Source: the human T2T-CHM13v2.0 reference genome, Homo sapiens
Assembly (NCBI RefSeq): GCF_009914755.1
Contig: NC_060933.1
DNA length: 64,000 nucleotides
Strand: one strand, 5' to 3'
Shown here: positions 1 through 28,785 of the stretch, piece after piece
Numbering within the stretch: the stretch's first letter is position 1
How the letters are laid out: each line of letters begins with the position of its first letter
Notes under the pieces: model-generated
Databases searched by the model: none
Seen by the model: the letters and a program-made list of their open reading frames with translations, nothing else
Told to the model about the DNA's origin: nothing
Position numbers and translations under genes: made by a program

Positions 1-3922
<3,922 letters not shown>

Positions 3923-5434
3923 AACTCTCCTTTTTAATTGTTAAGAATGTATGCCTCTTGAAAAAAAAATGATTATCCTGTGTACACAGTCCTAGGAATC
4001 TATTTTTCTCAGCTCTTTCAGCATATTATTTTGCTACTTTCTGCCTTTTATTATTGCTCTTAAGGAGTCTGTTATTGGTCTGTCATTCCTTTATACATGA
4101 TGTATCTTTTCTCTCAGGCTGCTTTTACATTTTGCTCTTTGTTTGGCATTCTACAGTTTTACTACAGTGTGTCTAGGTGTGGCCTTTTTAAAAAATCCTG
4201 TTTGGTATACATTCTGATTATTGCATCTCAGTTCTGCCAAACATATATAGCTGTTATCTTTAAATATCACCTCTCCTTCATTCCCTTTACTCTTGCCTTT
4301 AGGGTCTCCAATTATATATCTTTTAAGGCTTTTTATCTAATCCTCCATGTCTTTTAACTTCTCTTTTATATTCTCATCTCCTTGTCTCTTTCTGTTGCGT
4401 CCTAGGTAATGACATCAGATCTGTCTTCGAGTTTACTAAGTTTTTCTTCAAATAAGTCCAACCTGTTGTTTACCCTATCCATTGAACTGTTAATCTTTGT
4501 GATGACATTTTTCACTTCTAAAAGTTCTATTTGGTTCTTTTTCAAATCTGCCTGGTAATTTTGATAATGCTTGCTATAAAGATCCAGTAGAAAAATTAAT
4601 TAACATTGTGAACTCACTAATAAACACATGATTAAAAAATCTCAACCCCATTCATAAATGAACTACAAGTTAAAATAGCAGTGAAATGTCTTTCATAACC
4701 ATAAGGGAAAAATGCAGTAAGCTTGATAATACCAAATGATTAATTTCTGCCAGCATGTAGGGAAATAAAAACTTTTACATATTGTCATGGGAGTGTTAAT
4801 TGGTAAGACCATTTGGAGAGTGATGTGACAATACCTGTTTGAAGATATCCTTCACCCCAGCAGTTCCCCTTCTAGCTGTCTAGCCTATGGAAAAATCTCA
4901 CACATGTGCTACAAGGGATATGTAAAGGAAACATTAATTGCAGCATTGTCTGTAATAGTGAAAAAAAATGGGAATAGCCTAAATGTTCCTCAGTAGGAAA
5001 ATAGATAACTATATTGTGGTTTATTCAAGCACCTCAATAATTGAACTATTACCAACATAGATATCCAAGGTATAGTGTTGAGAGAAAGAATTGCCAAAGG
5101 ATACATGTCCGTTGCCATAATGTAAACATTTGAAAACACACATACAAAATTTATATATTGTTTATGGATACATACATATATACAAAAGTATAAAAACATA
5201 CATCTTTAGTTGAATGATAACAGAAACAAAAGCATATCAGGCAAAATGTTGACACCTTTTTAATCTAGATAATCAGTATGTAATGGTTATATTATTTTCT
5301 GTACTTTTTATAATTAAATATGAAAATAATTTTTTAAAGATTTAGACTGTGTACCTTTTCCATGATTTATCACTTGTGCTGAGAGATAATGTAGAGGTCT
5401 TATTTCGAAAATTCCTCAGTTAATTCCTGTGCCA

Positions 5435-5754
<320 letters not shown>

Positions 5755-5803
5755 TTATTGAGGATTCCATGTATGTCTGAAGTCTCTGGTTCCTTCAAAT
5801 CAG

Positions 5804-5984
5804 GATGCTGCTCCAACAGAGTCTTTACTGAACTGGCAAGACTACGAGGGTCGAACTCCTCTTCACTTTGCAGTTGCTGATGGGAATGTGACCGTGGTTG
5901 ATGTCTTGACCTCATATGAAAGCTGCAATATAACGTCTTATGATAACTTATTTCGAACCCCACTGCACTGGGCAGCTTTATTAG
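5804..5984 (+). CDS. INVS: INVS coding exon 6 (181 nt), ankyrin repeats DAAPTESLLNWQDYEGRTPLHF...LHWAALL
   Basis: cag|GAT acceptor, TAG|gtacgt donor; translation matches inversin; phase 0 to 1. Confidence 0.97.
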
Positions 5985-8313
5985 GTACGTGACTCAAAGG
6001 ATCAACAGTAAAAGGAACTTCATGAGTATAGGAATATTTCTGTGCCTTCCCTTCCACTGTTTACTCCCAACTCCTAGTTAATTATTTTGATTTCTAACTG
6101 ATATGTTGCATTGTTTTATAAACTAAATTATAGTAATATAAATTTATTTTATGTTAAATATTAGTTTTAATTTCAACATCATATCTTCACTTTAAATTTT
6201 TGTTATAAAAGTAATTCACATTTAGTGACAACATGTGAATGTAACATAAACCTCTTTTCACATTCAGCGCCTATATTTTTGGGGAGGAGGGCTTTAATTT
6301 TATGTTTATGCTAATACTATGATATTTGAGTTTTTTTCTTTATATTTTCCTGAAATGCCTTTTACTTAACCTTTTTGAAGATCACTTTTATAGATGAGAG
6401 AGTGTATATATGTGTATGTTTTATGTGTATGTTGGGGTTTTTTGTGTGTGGAGTCAATCTGAGAGTCTTTCTCTTTCAATGAAGGAGTTTTACCCATTAA
6501 TAGTCATTGTTATAAGATAAATAATCAGGTCTTTTTTTTTCCTGCTATCTTTCTATTCTTAGTGTTTTCAGCTTAACGTTTTGTTTTGTTTTGTTTCCTG
6601 TTTCCTTTGCTTTCTGCTCTTTGGTATATGGATTAGATTTGATGTTGTTATTTGATTTTGAATTGCCTAATGTTTTAGGAGGGTTTAGGAGTGGCTACTT
6701 TTAAATTTATCAAAAACTTTTTAAAGCCTGAATCAGAGTCAAGAGCAAAAATGCATCTATTGATTCCCACCTATTTAAGACAAAAAATTTAGCACAGATA
6801 CTCATCACTCTTTTAGTACTTGTTAATGTAATCTGAGATTTCCCCCTAATTATTATAATCTTGATCTTAGTTTTTAAATTACACATTATCTTTTTTTTAA
6901 ATGATGTTTATATGTGCACTCACTTTTATCGCCAGATTTAGAATTATTATTCAGATTTCATCTTACATCCCTTTTTATTTTTCTTCTGGATTCTGGGCTT
7001 ACTTGGCAAATTTGTCTCCATGTAACTAAATTGACTTTTTGTTCTATAAGTTTTGCTTTCTTTCTGCCTCCTATATAGATTGTATTTTGGGTTATATTTT
7101 TATTTCCTTGTCTTACCTATATTTCTTTTTATCTCATTTCATTTCCTTTTAACTTCCTTCCATTACTTTTTCATTTCACTCTGTTTTCTTCTTAGAATAC
7201 CCTGTTTCTGTTTCATAGAAGCCATCTCTTTTTGCACTAAGTCGAGGATACCAGTTGCCTGAAATTTTCCTCTGGATCCTTCTCTAGATCATTTTCAGAG
7301 GTATGCTGCTTATCTTCCTGACAGTGTTTCTTTTTCACTTTCCTATAGTATGTTTTTTTGTAGTCCTTACTGAATTTTTCCCTTTATTTCTCAAACAAAA
7401 TGATATGTGTTTAGAGTAACTATGTGGCAAAGATTGTCTTTAATCCCACATTTGTGTTATGGAGAACTCCATCTTAGACCACCTCTGGAGAGCAGATAGA
7501 TGAACACAATTTCCACTCAAATTACTTTTCTCTGCTTGGCTTTTATGCAGTATATCCTTGCTCTGCTAATGGGGCATCTTCTTCATTCTCCAATATCTGA
7601 AAGCAATAGAGTGTATGAAATTTCAGGTTTCCTACGTATGCTACTACCAGGTTTATTCATTTTTTAATATTTTCTACAGCTCTTCACTTGTGGAGATCAC
7701 ATCCTCCAGAATGCACTACATTGTCTTCATCGCTGCCTTGTCATGCCTGCCCACTTGTTTTCTGAGATTTGAAATCACTGCCTAGATGTTATAAAATATA
7801 AATATAATAAAAGATTGTGGAAAGGAGAATATAGGGATGGGAAGCCTCAGAGATAGAAGAGGTTGTGTTATAGTTTGTCCACCTGAATAGAAGAGAACAG
7901 TTATGCAGTTCTGTTTGGTTGGGCAACGGAACCTTGAGAGTAGGAGCAGTGAAGGCTAAGAGGGCTTGGCTCTAAAGCACCTTCCCCTCCTTTGCTTTAG
8001 GCAGCTTTATAAAGTGAAGCCAGGAAATGCAATGAGGTGATACCTAATATAGTTTTTTCTCAGCCTGGCAATTATACTTAATTCATTCCTACCTGATTGA
8101 AGCATTAAGTTTTTAGTAAGTTTTCATTCTGTTCTACCTCATATTAATATGTTAGTGAGAAGTTAGAAGAGGCTGCATTGGGGGCTGCTGTTCAGAAACC
8201 GTTGTGAATGCTGTATTATGTTAGTGATTTTTCTTATCTTTTTCATTTAAATAGATTATAAATTAATTAACATCCTTTATAAGTGATAATTACCTTTTTG
8301 TGTCTTTTCTCAG

Positions 8314-8423
8314 GCCATGCACAGATTGTCCATCTCCTTTTAGAAAGAAATAAGTCTGGAACTATCCCATCTGACAGCCAAGGAGCCACACCTTTGCACT
8401 ATGCTGCTCAGAGTAACTTTGCT
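8314..8423 (+). CDS. INVS: INVS coding exon 7 (110 nt), GHAQIVHLLLERNKSG...QSNFA
   Basis: ttttctcag|GC acceptor, GCT|gtaagt donor; phase 1 to 0; within ORF 8283..8480. Confidence 0.97.
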
Positions 8424-9471
8424 GTAAGTAAAACAAGACAATGCTCTTTTTTCTTAGTGAAAATTGTTATTTTTATATAATTGTAGATTCATATGTAGTT
8501 GTAGGAAATAATACAACAAGATTGCATGTACCCTTCACCTAGTTCACTCTGTTTTTATTTATTTATTTATTTATTTTTCCAATAAGCTTTTTGCACTCCT
8601 ACACCTAATTCACTCTAATGATAACATCCAATACAATATCATAAACAGGAAATTGACATTGATACAATCCCTGATCTTATTCAGCTTTGCCCAGATTTAC
8701 TTAGACTCATTTGTCTGTTTTTATGTAGCAATTATCTTTTAACAATGGTTCATGCTGTTCACTCTGTGATGCAAGTGATAGCCTGAGGTTTTTTTAAGTT
8801 GTTAGTCACATCTGAAGTTTTATACAGATTTTATTTTAATGTTAAGCATAACATTTTACTTTACTGTAAGAATACTTCATCTTTATATTACTTTTATAGC
8901 ACTAAGAACATCTTAGTGTTCAGCCACGTGTAATTGTCCTTAAAGCAGTGTGGCAAGGCTTTGGAACTAGAACAATCTCGGCTAGAATCTTGTCTGTGCA
9001 GTTTGCTAAACTGTATTACCTTACACAAGTTTCTTAATCTTAGTTTCTTCATATGTAAGATGAGGATAATTATACCTTTTCTTCCAGGATTGTTGTAAAG
9101 ATTAGAGAAAATTTATGACAAGTGCCTGCTGTATACCTTAGCATAGAGCAGGTACTCAAGAAATAGAATGTGCTCTCATTACTACTAGTGTTGATAATTA
9201 TGTATATTATACGTCTGAGAATGCAAAAACGAATTATTTCCAAAAATACTGAATAGTATTCATAGTTCTTCCCCTCCACTTTCTCATCCATTATGTCCCC
9301 AGTCCACCCTGCAACATGATAGTGTCTAGGCTACTTCAGCTTCCTGAGTATGAATGACCATCAAGAACCAGATTCATCCAAGGATGCACATGTTAAAACA
9401 GATTTTGCTGCCTTCTACATGGGTATGCATAGTGAAACCCTTCGTTTCATCAAATTATAATAATACTATCA

Positions 9472-9778
<307 letters not shown>

Positions 9779-11003
9779 TACTATCATCAAGCGTAGTATA
9801 ATTTCATCTTTGTGACCTCTCCAAATGCTCTATTAAATACTCAGATCTCTAAAATATCTTATCTTCACACACTTCCTACTCTGGTATCCAGAACAACTAT
9901 TCCTATAATCCTTGCTTCTTGTATTCCTAATAACTTATTCAATTTACCACCTAGAGTTTTGACAAATCATTATCTATTATCACCTAACAAAGCAGTATTT
10001 TAGGAGAAGCTTTTTCTTATTACAAATAGATAGGAAATTAACCTGACCGAGTCTAGTCAATCTATGGAAATCACAGCTCAACCCATAAATCAACACAAGG
10101 CTATTAGATAAGTCATGTTATCCCCTGTTTACAGAAAACAAAACAAAACAAAACAAGGTTCCATGAGATTAAATGACTTGCTCATGGTCTTGAACCCAAA
10201 ATTTAGACTCCAAATTTAATATATATATACAGACACCAATAATTAAATAGGTGTGCTAATGGAAACAAGAAAGAATGGTAGAACATTATTCTTTATAATG
10301 ACTCAATAATATAATAATATAATAATTGTATTCAAAGAAATATTTTGTTGGATAATCTGCCAATTCCAGAGTTGATTTTTAATAATTATACAAATTATAT
10401 AAGCTCAGTTTCAAGTCCCTTGATCTCCTTGTCCTCTATTAACTGACAAGAAATTACAACTCGTTCCTTGAAAAATGCAGACACATTCCCCTACACACAC
10501 AGAGCCCTGTAAACATTCATCATTAAGTAAAAACATACTCAGCAAAGAAATGTTTGCAAATTAGTAAAAGAAAACAAAGCAAAAAATCACAAACTTTTAC
10601 CTCAGTAACTCAACAAATAGTCTTAAAAGTAGAAAGCAGTGTGTGATGCTGTGGAAGGAGTGCTGTGATTTAACCCTGGATTCTTCCTTTATCTGCCACC
10701 AATATTTATATGACCTTGGAACCTACATTTCTTCATCAGTAAAATAAGGAACTGGATTAGATGAGCCCTTGAATTCTTCTTTCTATAAAATACTGAGAAT
10801 CAACATTTTATACATTTTTGATCAGATCACAGCCTCCAGCACTTTTTGTCTGAAACTCTTTTACCTCCATTCAATTAAAAGTTTCTATGATCTTTCTAAA
10901 GTTTATGTGAGTCTGAGTTCAGAATAAAGAGGCAATTTAAAATGCTGGAATATTAACCCCCAATAAAATTGTCAGGCACTAATAGAATTGTCAAGGGTCC
11001 TAA

Positions 11004-11323
<320 letters not shown>

Positions 11324-11514
11324 CAGTCCTAATTTTTGTATGATTCCATAGAAGAAGGACAATTCAGTAATAAAGGAATTGCTGAATAAATATTTGTTTT
11401 AATGAATTCAGCACTGCATTTCTCAGTAACCATCAATCAGTATTCAATAAATGCATTAACCATTTCAAAAATGTTTAGTAACTAATCACATAGTTCCAGT
11501 TTGTTCTGGATTTA

Positions 11515-11988
<474 letters not shown>

Positions 11989-12359
11989 TTAAATTTTGGT
12001 CATTAATAAATAAAACACTGAATACTTCTGAGTTTTCTAACTCTCACTCAAACGATGACCTATAAAGTTTCCAAGCTTGATTGAAGATGATTATTTTCCA
12101 TTTTGAGGATGTTGAATGGGAGAGTTAGGTTATGTTTATGAAGTGTTATGGACACTACAACTAATTTGTAAGGACAGAGGATTGTTATCTTCGATGGAAA
12201 TTGTAGTTCTGTCATTAATAAAAAGATAATTTAATTTGATTCAAAAGCAAGGGGAAAATGCTTTGCTTCTTAATGGAATTCACATATTATTATATGACTT
12301 TATTACCACAGAAAATACTACTGTTTTGTCTCCATTTTTTAAATCAAGTTTTCTTACAG

Positions 12360-12531
12360 GAAACGGTTAAAGTGTTTTTAAAACATCCTTCAGTGAAAGA
12401 TGATTCAGACCTGGAAGGAAGAACATCCTTTATGTGGGCAGCTGGCAAAGGCAGTGATGATGTCCTTAGAACTATGCTGAGCTTAAAATCGGACATAGAT
12501 ATTAACATGGCTGACAAATATGGAGGTACAG
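12360..12531 (+). CDS. INVS: INVS coding exon 8 (172 nt), ETVKVFLKHP...DKYGGT
   Basis: cttacag|GAA acceptor, CAG|gtgaga donor; phase 0 to 1. Confidence 0.97.
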
Positions 12532-13342
12532 GTGAGAACTGGTGGACACATTCAATTTGCTTTCATTTAGGTTCCAAAGTGTAGATGTTGCTATAAAATT
12601 TGTAAAATAGCAACTTGAAATCATTGTTCCTAATCTAATATTGTTTGACTTTGGTCTTCAGTTTTAAGTTTGGGTTTGCCAGGATGTCACTCCAAAGGTT
12701 TTATTTCTTCCAAGTATTATGGCAAAGATTAGCATGTTTCTACCAAATGAATGGTTGCATTTGGTTTAAAACCCTGGTTGCTCCTTAGACATGATTATGG
12801 GGACTCTTCTGATCATTTATCTTTTTGTAAAAAAAAAAAAACCTACACTTTAAAACTATCCATATTTAGTAGTCATTAATTATATTTTCAAAAATTTAGA
12901 ATTTTATTTAAGGAATGCACACATCTAAGTGTATTCTCACCAGTCTCCTTTACTGTGCTCTTTTCTCAGTTTTGAATAGCATTACCACATCCTGAATCTC
13001 CCATTTTTAGAGAGAACCTCCCATGGCTCTAAGATGCTTCAAAGCTTCAAATCAACCTTGCTTGAAAAACTCTTACTAGATACTTCTTTTAATTTCTTTC
13101 TCTAATAGAAGAGGCCTTTACCTATGTGTTGGTTAATGAAAGGTAGTTTTTCTGCCTCAGTGTCAACTTGGAGGTCTCTTCCTTGTGTACTGTATCGTAC
13201 TTACAACTCAGAAACAGAAGGAGAAATCACATACCACCACAATAACACTGAATAGAATAAAAAATCAGTGATGGGCTTCTCCATGTTATTTTTTTTATTT
13301 GTAGAAACATGCTAGAGCCATTTGCATCTACTGTTATCCTGA

Positions 13343-13898
<556 letters not shown>

Positions 13899-15224
13899 TA
13901 GGATATTGACTTTATAAATGATCTGAACATTTAATTTTTTGTCAGTTTTCCATTATATATTCTTCCACTTTATCACTAGCTTTGATTTTAGTTTAACTTT
14001 TTCAGGTATTTGAATAAGGCATGGGCAAGGATACTTGCACTCTTTGACCAAAAGTATCTCATATGCACCATGGTTGAAGTTCAGACATAAATTCTTCTCA
14101 GATTCATTAATTTGCTGGTTTCTTTCTTCAATGGGGATTTTATTATGTCAGAGATGCCTTCCTGACATTTCTTTTCTGTGAAAGTGAGTTCCTCTCCGTC
14201 ATCCCTCTACAGGGTTTTTTTTTTTCCTTCCCATTAAAAAGAGGTCTTACCAATAGCAATGTATGGACATTATTTAGATCCTGACTTAAATAAATAAACT
14301 ATAAAAAATGTTAAAGCCATCAGGAAAATGTCAATATTATTGAACATTATAGAATTTCTATTAGTATTTTTTAGGCGTGATAACAGCATTATGGTTTTAC
14401 CAGTGCTTAAGCTATTGTCTCTCAGCTTCGTGTTGATCCTTTTGTCCTTTCTTTGCAATGCTGGGCCTGGGTCTCTGTAAATCACATTTCCCCTTTGCCA
14501 CAGGTGCTCTTTTAGAGTCCACCAATAGAGAGCATTGGAGGGAGACTGGAAGGCTGGAAGATGGACAAGGGATTACATCTTTCTGTTTGTGTCCTGCTCT
14601 TGCTTTTGTCTCATTTTCTTTTTTTAGAAAAAAAAAGTTAAAAAATAATAATAATAGTAATAATAAGATGGGATCTCACTGTGTTGCCCAGGCTGGTCTC
14701 AAACTCCTGGGCTCAAGCGATCCTCCCACCTCAGCTTCCCAAAGTGCTGAGAATATCATAAGGCAGATAAAAGCATCATATAATATCTGTGATATTTCAG
14801 TGATTTCACATTTGAAGAGCATAAGAACCCTTTTCCCCCAAATGAAAAGGGGGGAACCCTTTTCCCCCAAATGAAAATTTATAAAACACCTAACATATAA
14901 AGCAAGTAAGGGTTGAGTGGTTCTGACTAAATCAGAAGTGGAGCATTATCCACTCGACTGTCTATTCCCTCAGCTAAGTATTTCAGGTACCTCTATAGAA
15001 AGCTGTTGTTCTGAAGAACATGGTTTGGAAAACCCTGGGCTACATTTAGTTTTAAGGTGACTTCTAATTCTGAAATGCTACAATTCTGTGGTGTGGCATC
15101 AAGTATGAAATATACTCTATAGATAATATCAATGTCAAATTTTTTTAAAAAATAAAATTTCAATTAAGTAAAAGATAAAATTAATGATCATATTAAAGGA
15201 AATTCCCCATTTATGACTATTTGA

Positions 15225-15929
<705 letters not shown>

Positions 15930-16334
15930 TTAAAAATATAACTTTATATTATGGAAATCTTCAAACACATTCAAAAGTAGACAGTTGTCCAGTGAACTCA
16001 ATATAGCTCTCACCCAGCTTCAACAATTATCAATACGTGGCTAATCTTGTTTTATTTAACCACGATTCATTTCCTCTACTTCTGATTGTTTTGAAAAAAA
16101 TTCTAGAGTCATATCCTTTCATCTGTAAATGTGAATGTTCTACCCTGTGCTGTCTTTCATGTTATAGCACTTCAGATATTTGAAGTTACTCACGCCTGTC
16201 TGAATCTTGTCTAGGTCAAACTAACATTCAGTCATTTAGGTCAGTGGTTCCCAAATTCAAGAATGGCATAAGAATTACTAGAGGTGTTTGTTTAAATTCA
16301 GATTCCCAGGCTATATGGACAAAGATTCTATGTC

Positions 16335-17000
16335 AAATCCCGTAGCAAGTCCTGTTGACTCCACCTCCAAAATGTGTTCTAAATCATTCTGTTTCTCTTC
16401 ATCTCCATTGCAACCACCCTAATCAGACCACCATCATTTTTCACTCAGTCTACTGCCAAAATCCTTACTGGTCTCCCTGCTTATATTCTAATCTACTACA
16501 AATACTTTCTCCTCAGAAGAGCTAGAGTGATCTGTTTAAAGCATAAATCAGATAATATCACTCCACTATATAAAGCCCTTCAAATGTCTTCCATCACTGA
16601 CTGATAGGACCATTTGTGATCTGGCCTTTTCTATGTTTCTGACTTACTCCACTGTCACTTACTGTGCTGCAACTACCCTTCCTTCCTTAAACATACACAG
16701 TCGTTCCTGTCCTGTACTAACTCTTCCCTTTGCTCAAAATACGCTGTCTTTTTCATGGTTCAGGTCTCAACTTAAATGTCAGCTCATAACCACCAATCAA
16801 AAGTAGTCCCTCAGTGATTCTACATATCAAAATAGTTTTTATTACTTTAATTATACCAATTATCACTATATAATAACTTTATTGATGGGGAATTGTTTTG
16901 TTTTTGTTTTGTTTTGTTTTGTTTTTGTTTTGTTTTGCTTCCCTTCCTAGAATGTAACCTTATCTATTGTATTCTTTGCTAAACACCCAGCATTATAATA
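16335..17000 (+). mobile_element. L2 remnant
   Basis: L2-like motifs (caagtcctgttgactccacctccaaaat; ggtctccctgct; tctcaacttaaatgtca). Confidence 0.6.
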
Positions 17001-18024
17001 CTACCCAGCCCAAAAATCTGCATCCAGGTTTGCTCTGTGGATCACCCTTTATGAAAGAGACATTGTTCTAGGCCTTATAGAGCCATAATACTTAGAACTG
17101 GCCAAGGCCTCTAAAGTGTTATTGTGGCTAATTCAAACCTATAGAGGGATGGCATAAGCCAAGCATTACACTGGAGTAACATAGAGAGGAGTCAGTGTAC
17201 ATGAAACACATTTAATCAAAATTACTCTTTAAAACCTCTGGACAGCACAAGAGAGGAGGCCATATTCCATCTCAGTTTTTCTCCAGTGAAGCAAATTCCT
17301 GTTTCTTTTCTTTTCTTTTTTTGAGATGAGGTCTTTCTATTTTCTCCAGACTGGTCTAGACCTATTGGGTTCAAGCAGTCCTCCTGCCTCAGCCTCCCAA
17401 GTAGCTGGGACTATAGACATGTGCCACCTCGCTGTTTCTTAAATTGAGCCCTGGGGAAGTAGCTGGCTTGTAGCTGATATTGTATTAAAAATGCACTCAA
17501 TGCAGCAAGATGTGCGTGCTTTCAGTACCACTGGGGTACTTCAGCCAACTGAAGGAACAGTGCATGTAACCAATGGAAGGAACAGTAGATTGATGTCTCC
17601 AGTCACATGACCCCTTAGGGGCATATGCTTATTGAGTGGGTTGTTGGGCAGAATTGTGTACATCATTTAAATCATTCCTCTTTGTTATTGTTTTCTTGCT
17701 CTCTTAAAGAGAAAAAGAGAAAACTAATAGCTGAAAAGAGAAAACTAGTAGCTGAGAAGAGGATACCATTTCAGACCAACAGGATGGAAAGGAAGAAAAT
17801 AGCAAGAAGAGAAAGGTAGAAGGAAAGGAGAAAGTGTGAGTAATACATATGAATAGGAAGGAAGGCAGAATCTAAAAAAGCAAAAAATAAATTAGTGAAT
17901 CCTTAAAATGGAGATTGCATTTATTCAAAATGATGGGGAAATCAAGAGAGGAAAAGACATATAATAATTTAAAAGGTGAAGTTGTTATTGACTAGTTCAT
18001 CACTTTCTGTTGGTTCCCTTTTAG

Positions 18025-18180
18025 CTTTGCATGCTGCTGCTCTTTCTGGCCATGTCAGCACCGTGAAGTTATTACTGGAAAATAATGCTCAAGTAGATGC
18101 TACTGATGTTATGAAACATACTCCACTTTTCCGAGCCTGTGAGATGGGACACAAAGATGTGATTCAGACACTCATTAAAG
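18025..18180 (+). CDS. INVS: INVS coding exon 9 (156 nt), ALHAAALSGH...QTLIK
   Basis: cttttag|CT acceptor, AAG|gtgggc donor; phase 1 to 1. Confidence 0.97.
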
Positions 18181-18648
18181 GTGGGCTAATAAGAGTACTC
18201 CTAATAAGTCTCTCTTAACAGGTAGGAATTCTTGCATACTCTGTTTAAGATAAAGCTTTCCTTAGCAGAAAGCTGCACAAGTACAAGGATGAAGGGATGA
18301 TCACACAACATGGCATGAGGAACCTCAAGTTCTACTCCTAGCTCCACTTGTTGGGAGTTGCTTGATACAGGAAAAGTAATTTCACCTGCCTGATCTTCAC
18401 TTTTATTTTATATAAAGGGGGACTGATTCCTAGCCAGTCCAATTTACAAGCTTATTGTAAAAATCTGATGTAGACAATGTATGTGGAAGCATTTCCATAA
18501 GAATAAAGCATTAAAGGAACAATTGTTATTGTTTTTCTTCTATTCATTTTAATAAATGCATTTAAGGAACAATTGTTTTTTCTACTCCTACTCATTTTAA
18601 TAAAAGCTATTTATATTAGACATTCTCATTATATTTGTGCTTTCCCAG

Positions 18649-18878
18649 GTGGAGCAAGGGTAGATCTAGTTGACCAAGATGGACATTCTCTTCTACATTG
18701 GGCAGCACTGGGAGGAAATGCTGATGTTTGCCAGATATTAATAGAAAATAAGATCAATCCAAATGTCCAGGATTATGCAGGAAGAACCCCTTTGCAGTGT
18801 GCAGCATATGGAGGCTATATCAACTGCATGGCAGTTCTCATGGAAAACAATGCAGACCCTAACATTCAAGACAAAGAG
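18649..18878 (+). CDS. INVS: INVS coding exon 10 (230 nt), GGARVDLVDQDG...NIQDKE
   Basis: tttcccag|GT acceptor, GAG|gtagaa donor; phase 1 to 0. Confidence 0.97.
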
Positions 18879-19157
18879 GTAGAAATTCTGTCTTTTCTAT
18901 ATTGTTTGCTCCAAAGAATTTAGAGTATTTCTTCTTTGTTGTAAACATAAGTAAAACAACAGTTTACAAGATGAAGAGATCACCCACAAATCCATCTGTT
19001 AATCATGACTATTATTTGTCCATGTTCTCTTCCAGTCTTTTTCTATATATATAATTTAACATAGTTATAATATAGGCTGGGAATAATTTTATAACTTTTA
19101 TAAAAGATTACATGGCATACACATGTATGCATCTATAAACATAAATATATGATTTTC

Positions 19158-26233
<7,076 letters not shown>

Positions 26234-26836
26234 TATTACATGATTTTCAAACCACATTTTGTTTACTTAAAATTGTCACCGTTTTCTCATGTGATATATA
26301 ATCTTTTTAATTATCATGAATGCTTAAAATTCCAAGGTTCCAAGAACTTTATGTTTAATAGCTTATTCAATCCTTACAATAATCTTATAAAGTAGTTACT
26401 ATTATTATTCTCATTTTACAGATGAGGAAATTGAAGCTCATGTAGTTTAAGTAGTTAGCCTAAGATAACAACAGTGGGGGAAGCTTGGGGGGAGATTTAA
26501 TATCCAAACTATGCTCTTAACCCAAATATAGGTTAAATAAGTAACTTCCTATTGCTGGTCACTTTTTCACTATTATAGGTAATGTTTCAGTAATTATCTT
26601 TGTGCATTTAACTTTTTTCCTTTGGGATTATCGCATTAGAATAATTCCCCCTAAGTGAGATTATCAAATCAAAGCAACCAATCGTTTATTAATATGATTA
26701 GGCTCTCATATATACTGCCAAACTGATTTCTAAAAGATTCAGGTTAATCTTTACTTTCCCCAGTTGCGTAGTATTAATTTATCTCAGTTTAGCCAGTATT
26801 AACTTTTTTGCTAATTAAATTATTTTAACTCTTTAA

Positions 26837-27309
<473 letters not shown>

Positions 27310-27369
27310 AGGAATGCATCTTTTATAATTTGTAGTACTTTTAATGTTTTACCAAGTTGCCAGTTTTTT

Positions 27370-28450
27370 ACATAAGTAGAATATTAAGCATCTTTCCAGT
27401 TCTATTAGCTGCTATGTGTATTGCTTTGGATTGTCTACATAAGCAATCATGCATGCTATCTGTGAATAATAACATTTTTATTTCTTCATTTCCAATCTTT
27501 ATACTTTTCATTTCTTTGCTGTGCCATATTGAATTGGAACCTTCAATACAATCTTGAATAGAATTGGTGATAATTGGCATCCTTAATTAATTCTGGTTTC
27601 TCAGATGGCAAGCTTTCAACATTTTACCATTGAGTAAGATGTTGCTATAGATTTCCTTATATTCCCACTTGCCAAGAGTTTTTTTAAATCATAGTTGGGT
27701 TTTTGTCAAATACTATTTATGCATTTATCAACAAGATTTTTTTTTCCTCTTTTCTGTTAATATGGCAAATTACATTGACTGATTTTTTTTTTAGATGTTA
27801 AACAACCCTTGCATTTCTGGAGTAAGCCCCACATATATTATGTACTTTTATATACTGATGTATTTTACCTGCTAATATTTTAAGATTTTTGCGTCTATGT
27901 TTATGAGAGAGATTGGCCTATAATTTTCCTTTCTTGTATTATAGTTGCAAGGTTTTGGTAGCAAGGTAAGGCTAACCTTGTCAAAAAAAAAAGTTAGAAA
28001 ATAGTCCCTTGTTTTTATTCTCTTGGAGAATAAAATTGGTATTACTTCTTCCTTAAATGTTTGGAAGAATTTCCTCTTGAAGTTATCTGGTGTTGGGGTT
28101 TTCTTTGTGTAAAAGTTTTAAATAACCAATTCAATTCCATTAATTATTCAGATTTTCTAATTATTTTTCTTTCAGCTTGGTAAGTTGTACTTTTTAAGGA
28201 ATTTATTCATTTTATTCAAAATGTCAAATGTATTTGCATAAATTTTGTCACACACATATTCCCTTATCTTTTTTATGCCTGTAGGACCTGTAGTGAGTTC
28301 CTCTTGTTTATTTCATATATTGGTAATGTGTGTTTTCTCTTTCTTTTTTAAAAATTTTCTTTATTCCTTACCTGGAGCACTAAAAAAAAAAAAAAAAAAA
28401 ACTTGATATTCATCTCCTCAAAGGACTTATTTCTGTCTTTGTGGATTTTC
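27370..28450 (-). mobile_element. Old L1M ORF2 remnant
   Basis: Minus ORF 27368..27580 IKIGNEEIKMLLFTD resembles L1 RT; T-rich antisense L1 composition. Confidence 0.7.
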
Positions 28451-28469
28451 TATATTTTGAGATTTTGGG

Positions 28470-28785
28470 TTTTTTTGTTTGCTTGTTTGTTTGTTTCTTA
28501 AGACAGTATCTCACTCTGCCACCCAGGCTGGAGTGCAGTGGCATGATCATGGCTCATTGTAACCTCAACCTTCCCAGGCTCGGGTGATCATCCCACCTCA
28601 GCCTCTTGAGTAACTGGGACTACAGGTGCACACCACCACACCTGGCTAAATTTTTTGTATTTTTAGTAGAGAAGGGGTTTCACCATGTTGCCCACGGCTG
28701 TTCTTGAACTCCTGAGCTCAAGCAATCTACCTGCCTCAGCCTACGAAAGTGCTAGGATTACAGGCATGAGCCACTGCAACTGGCC
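28470..28785 (-). mobile_element. Alu (AluJ-like)
   Basis: Antisense dimer. Confidence 0.9.

Noticed and set aside
17709-17760. 21-bp tandem duplication gaaaagagaaaacta.tagct
   Set aside because: Ordinary slippage in purine-rich low-complexity DNA.
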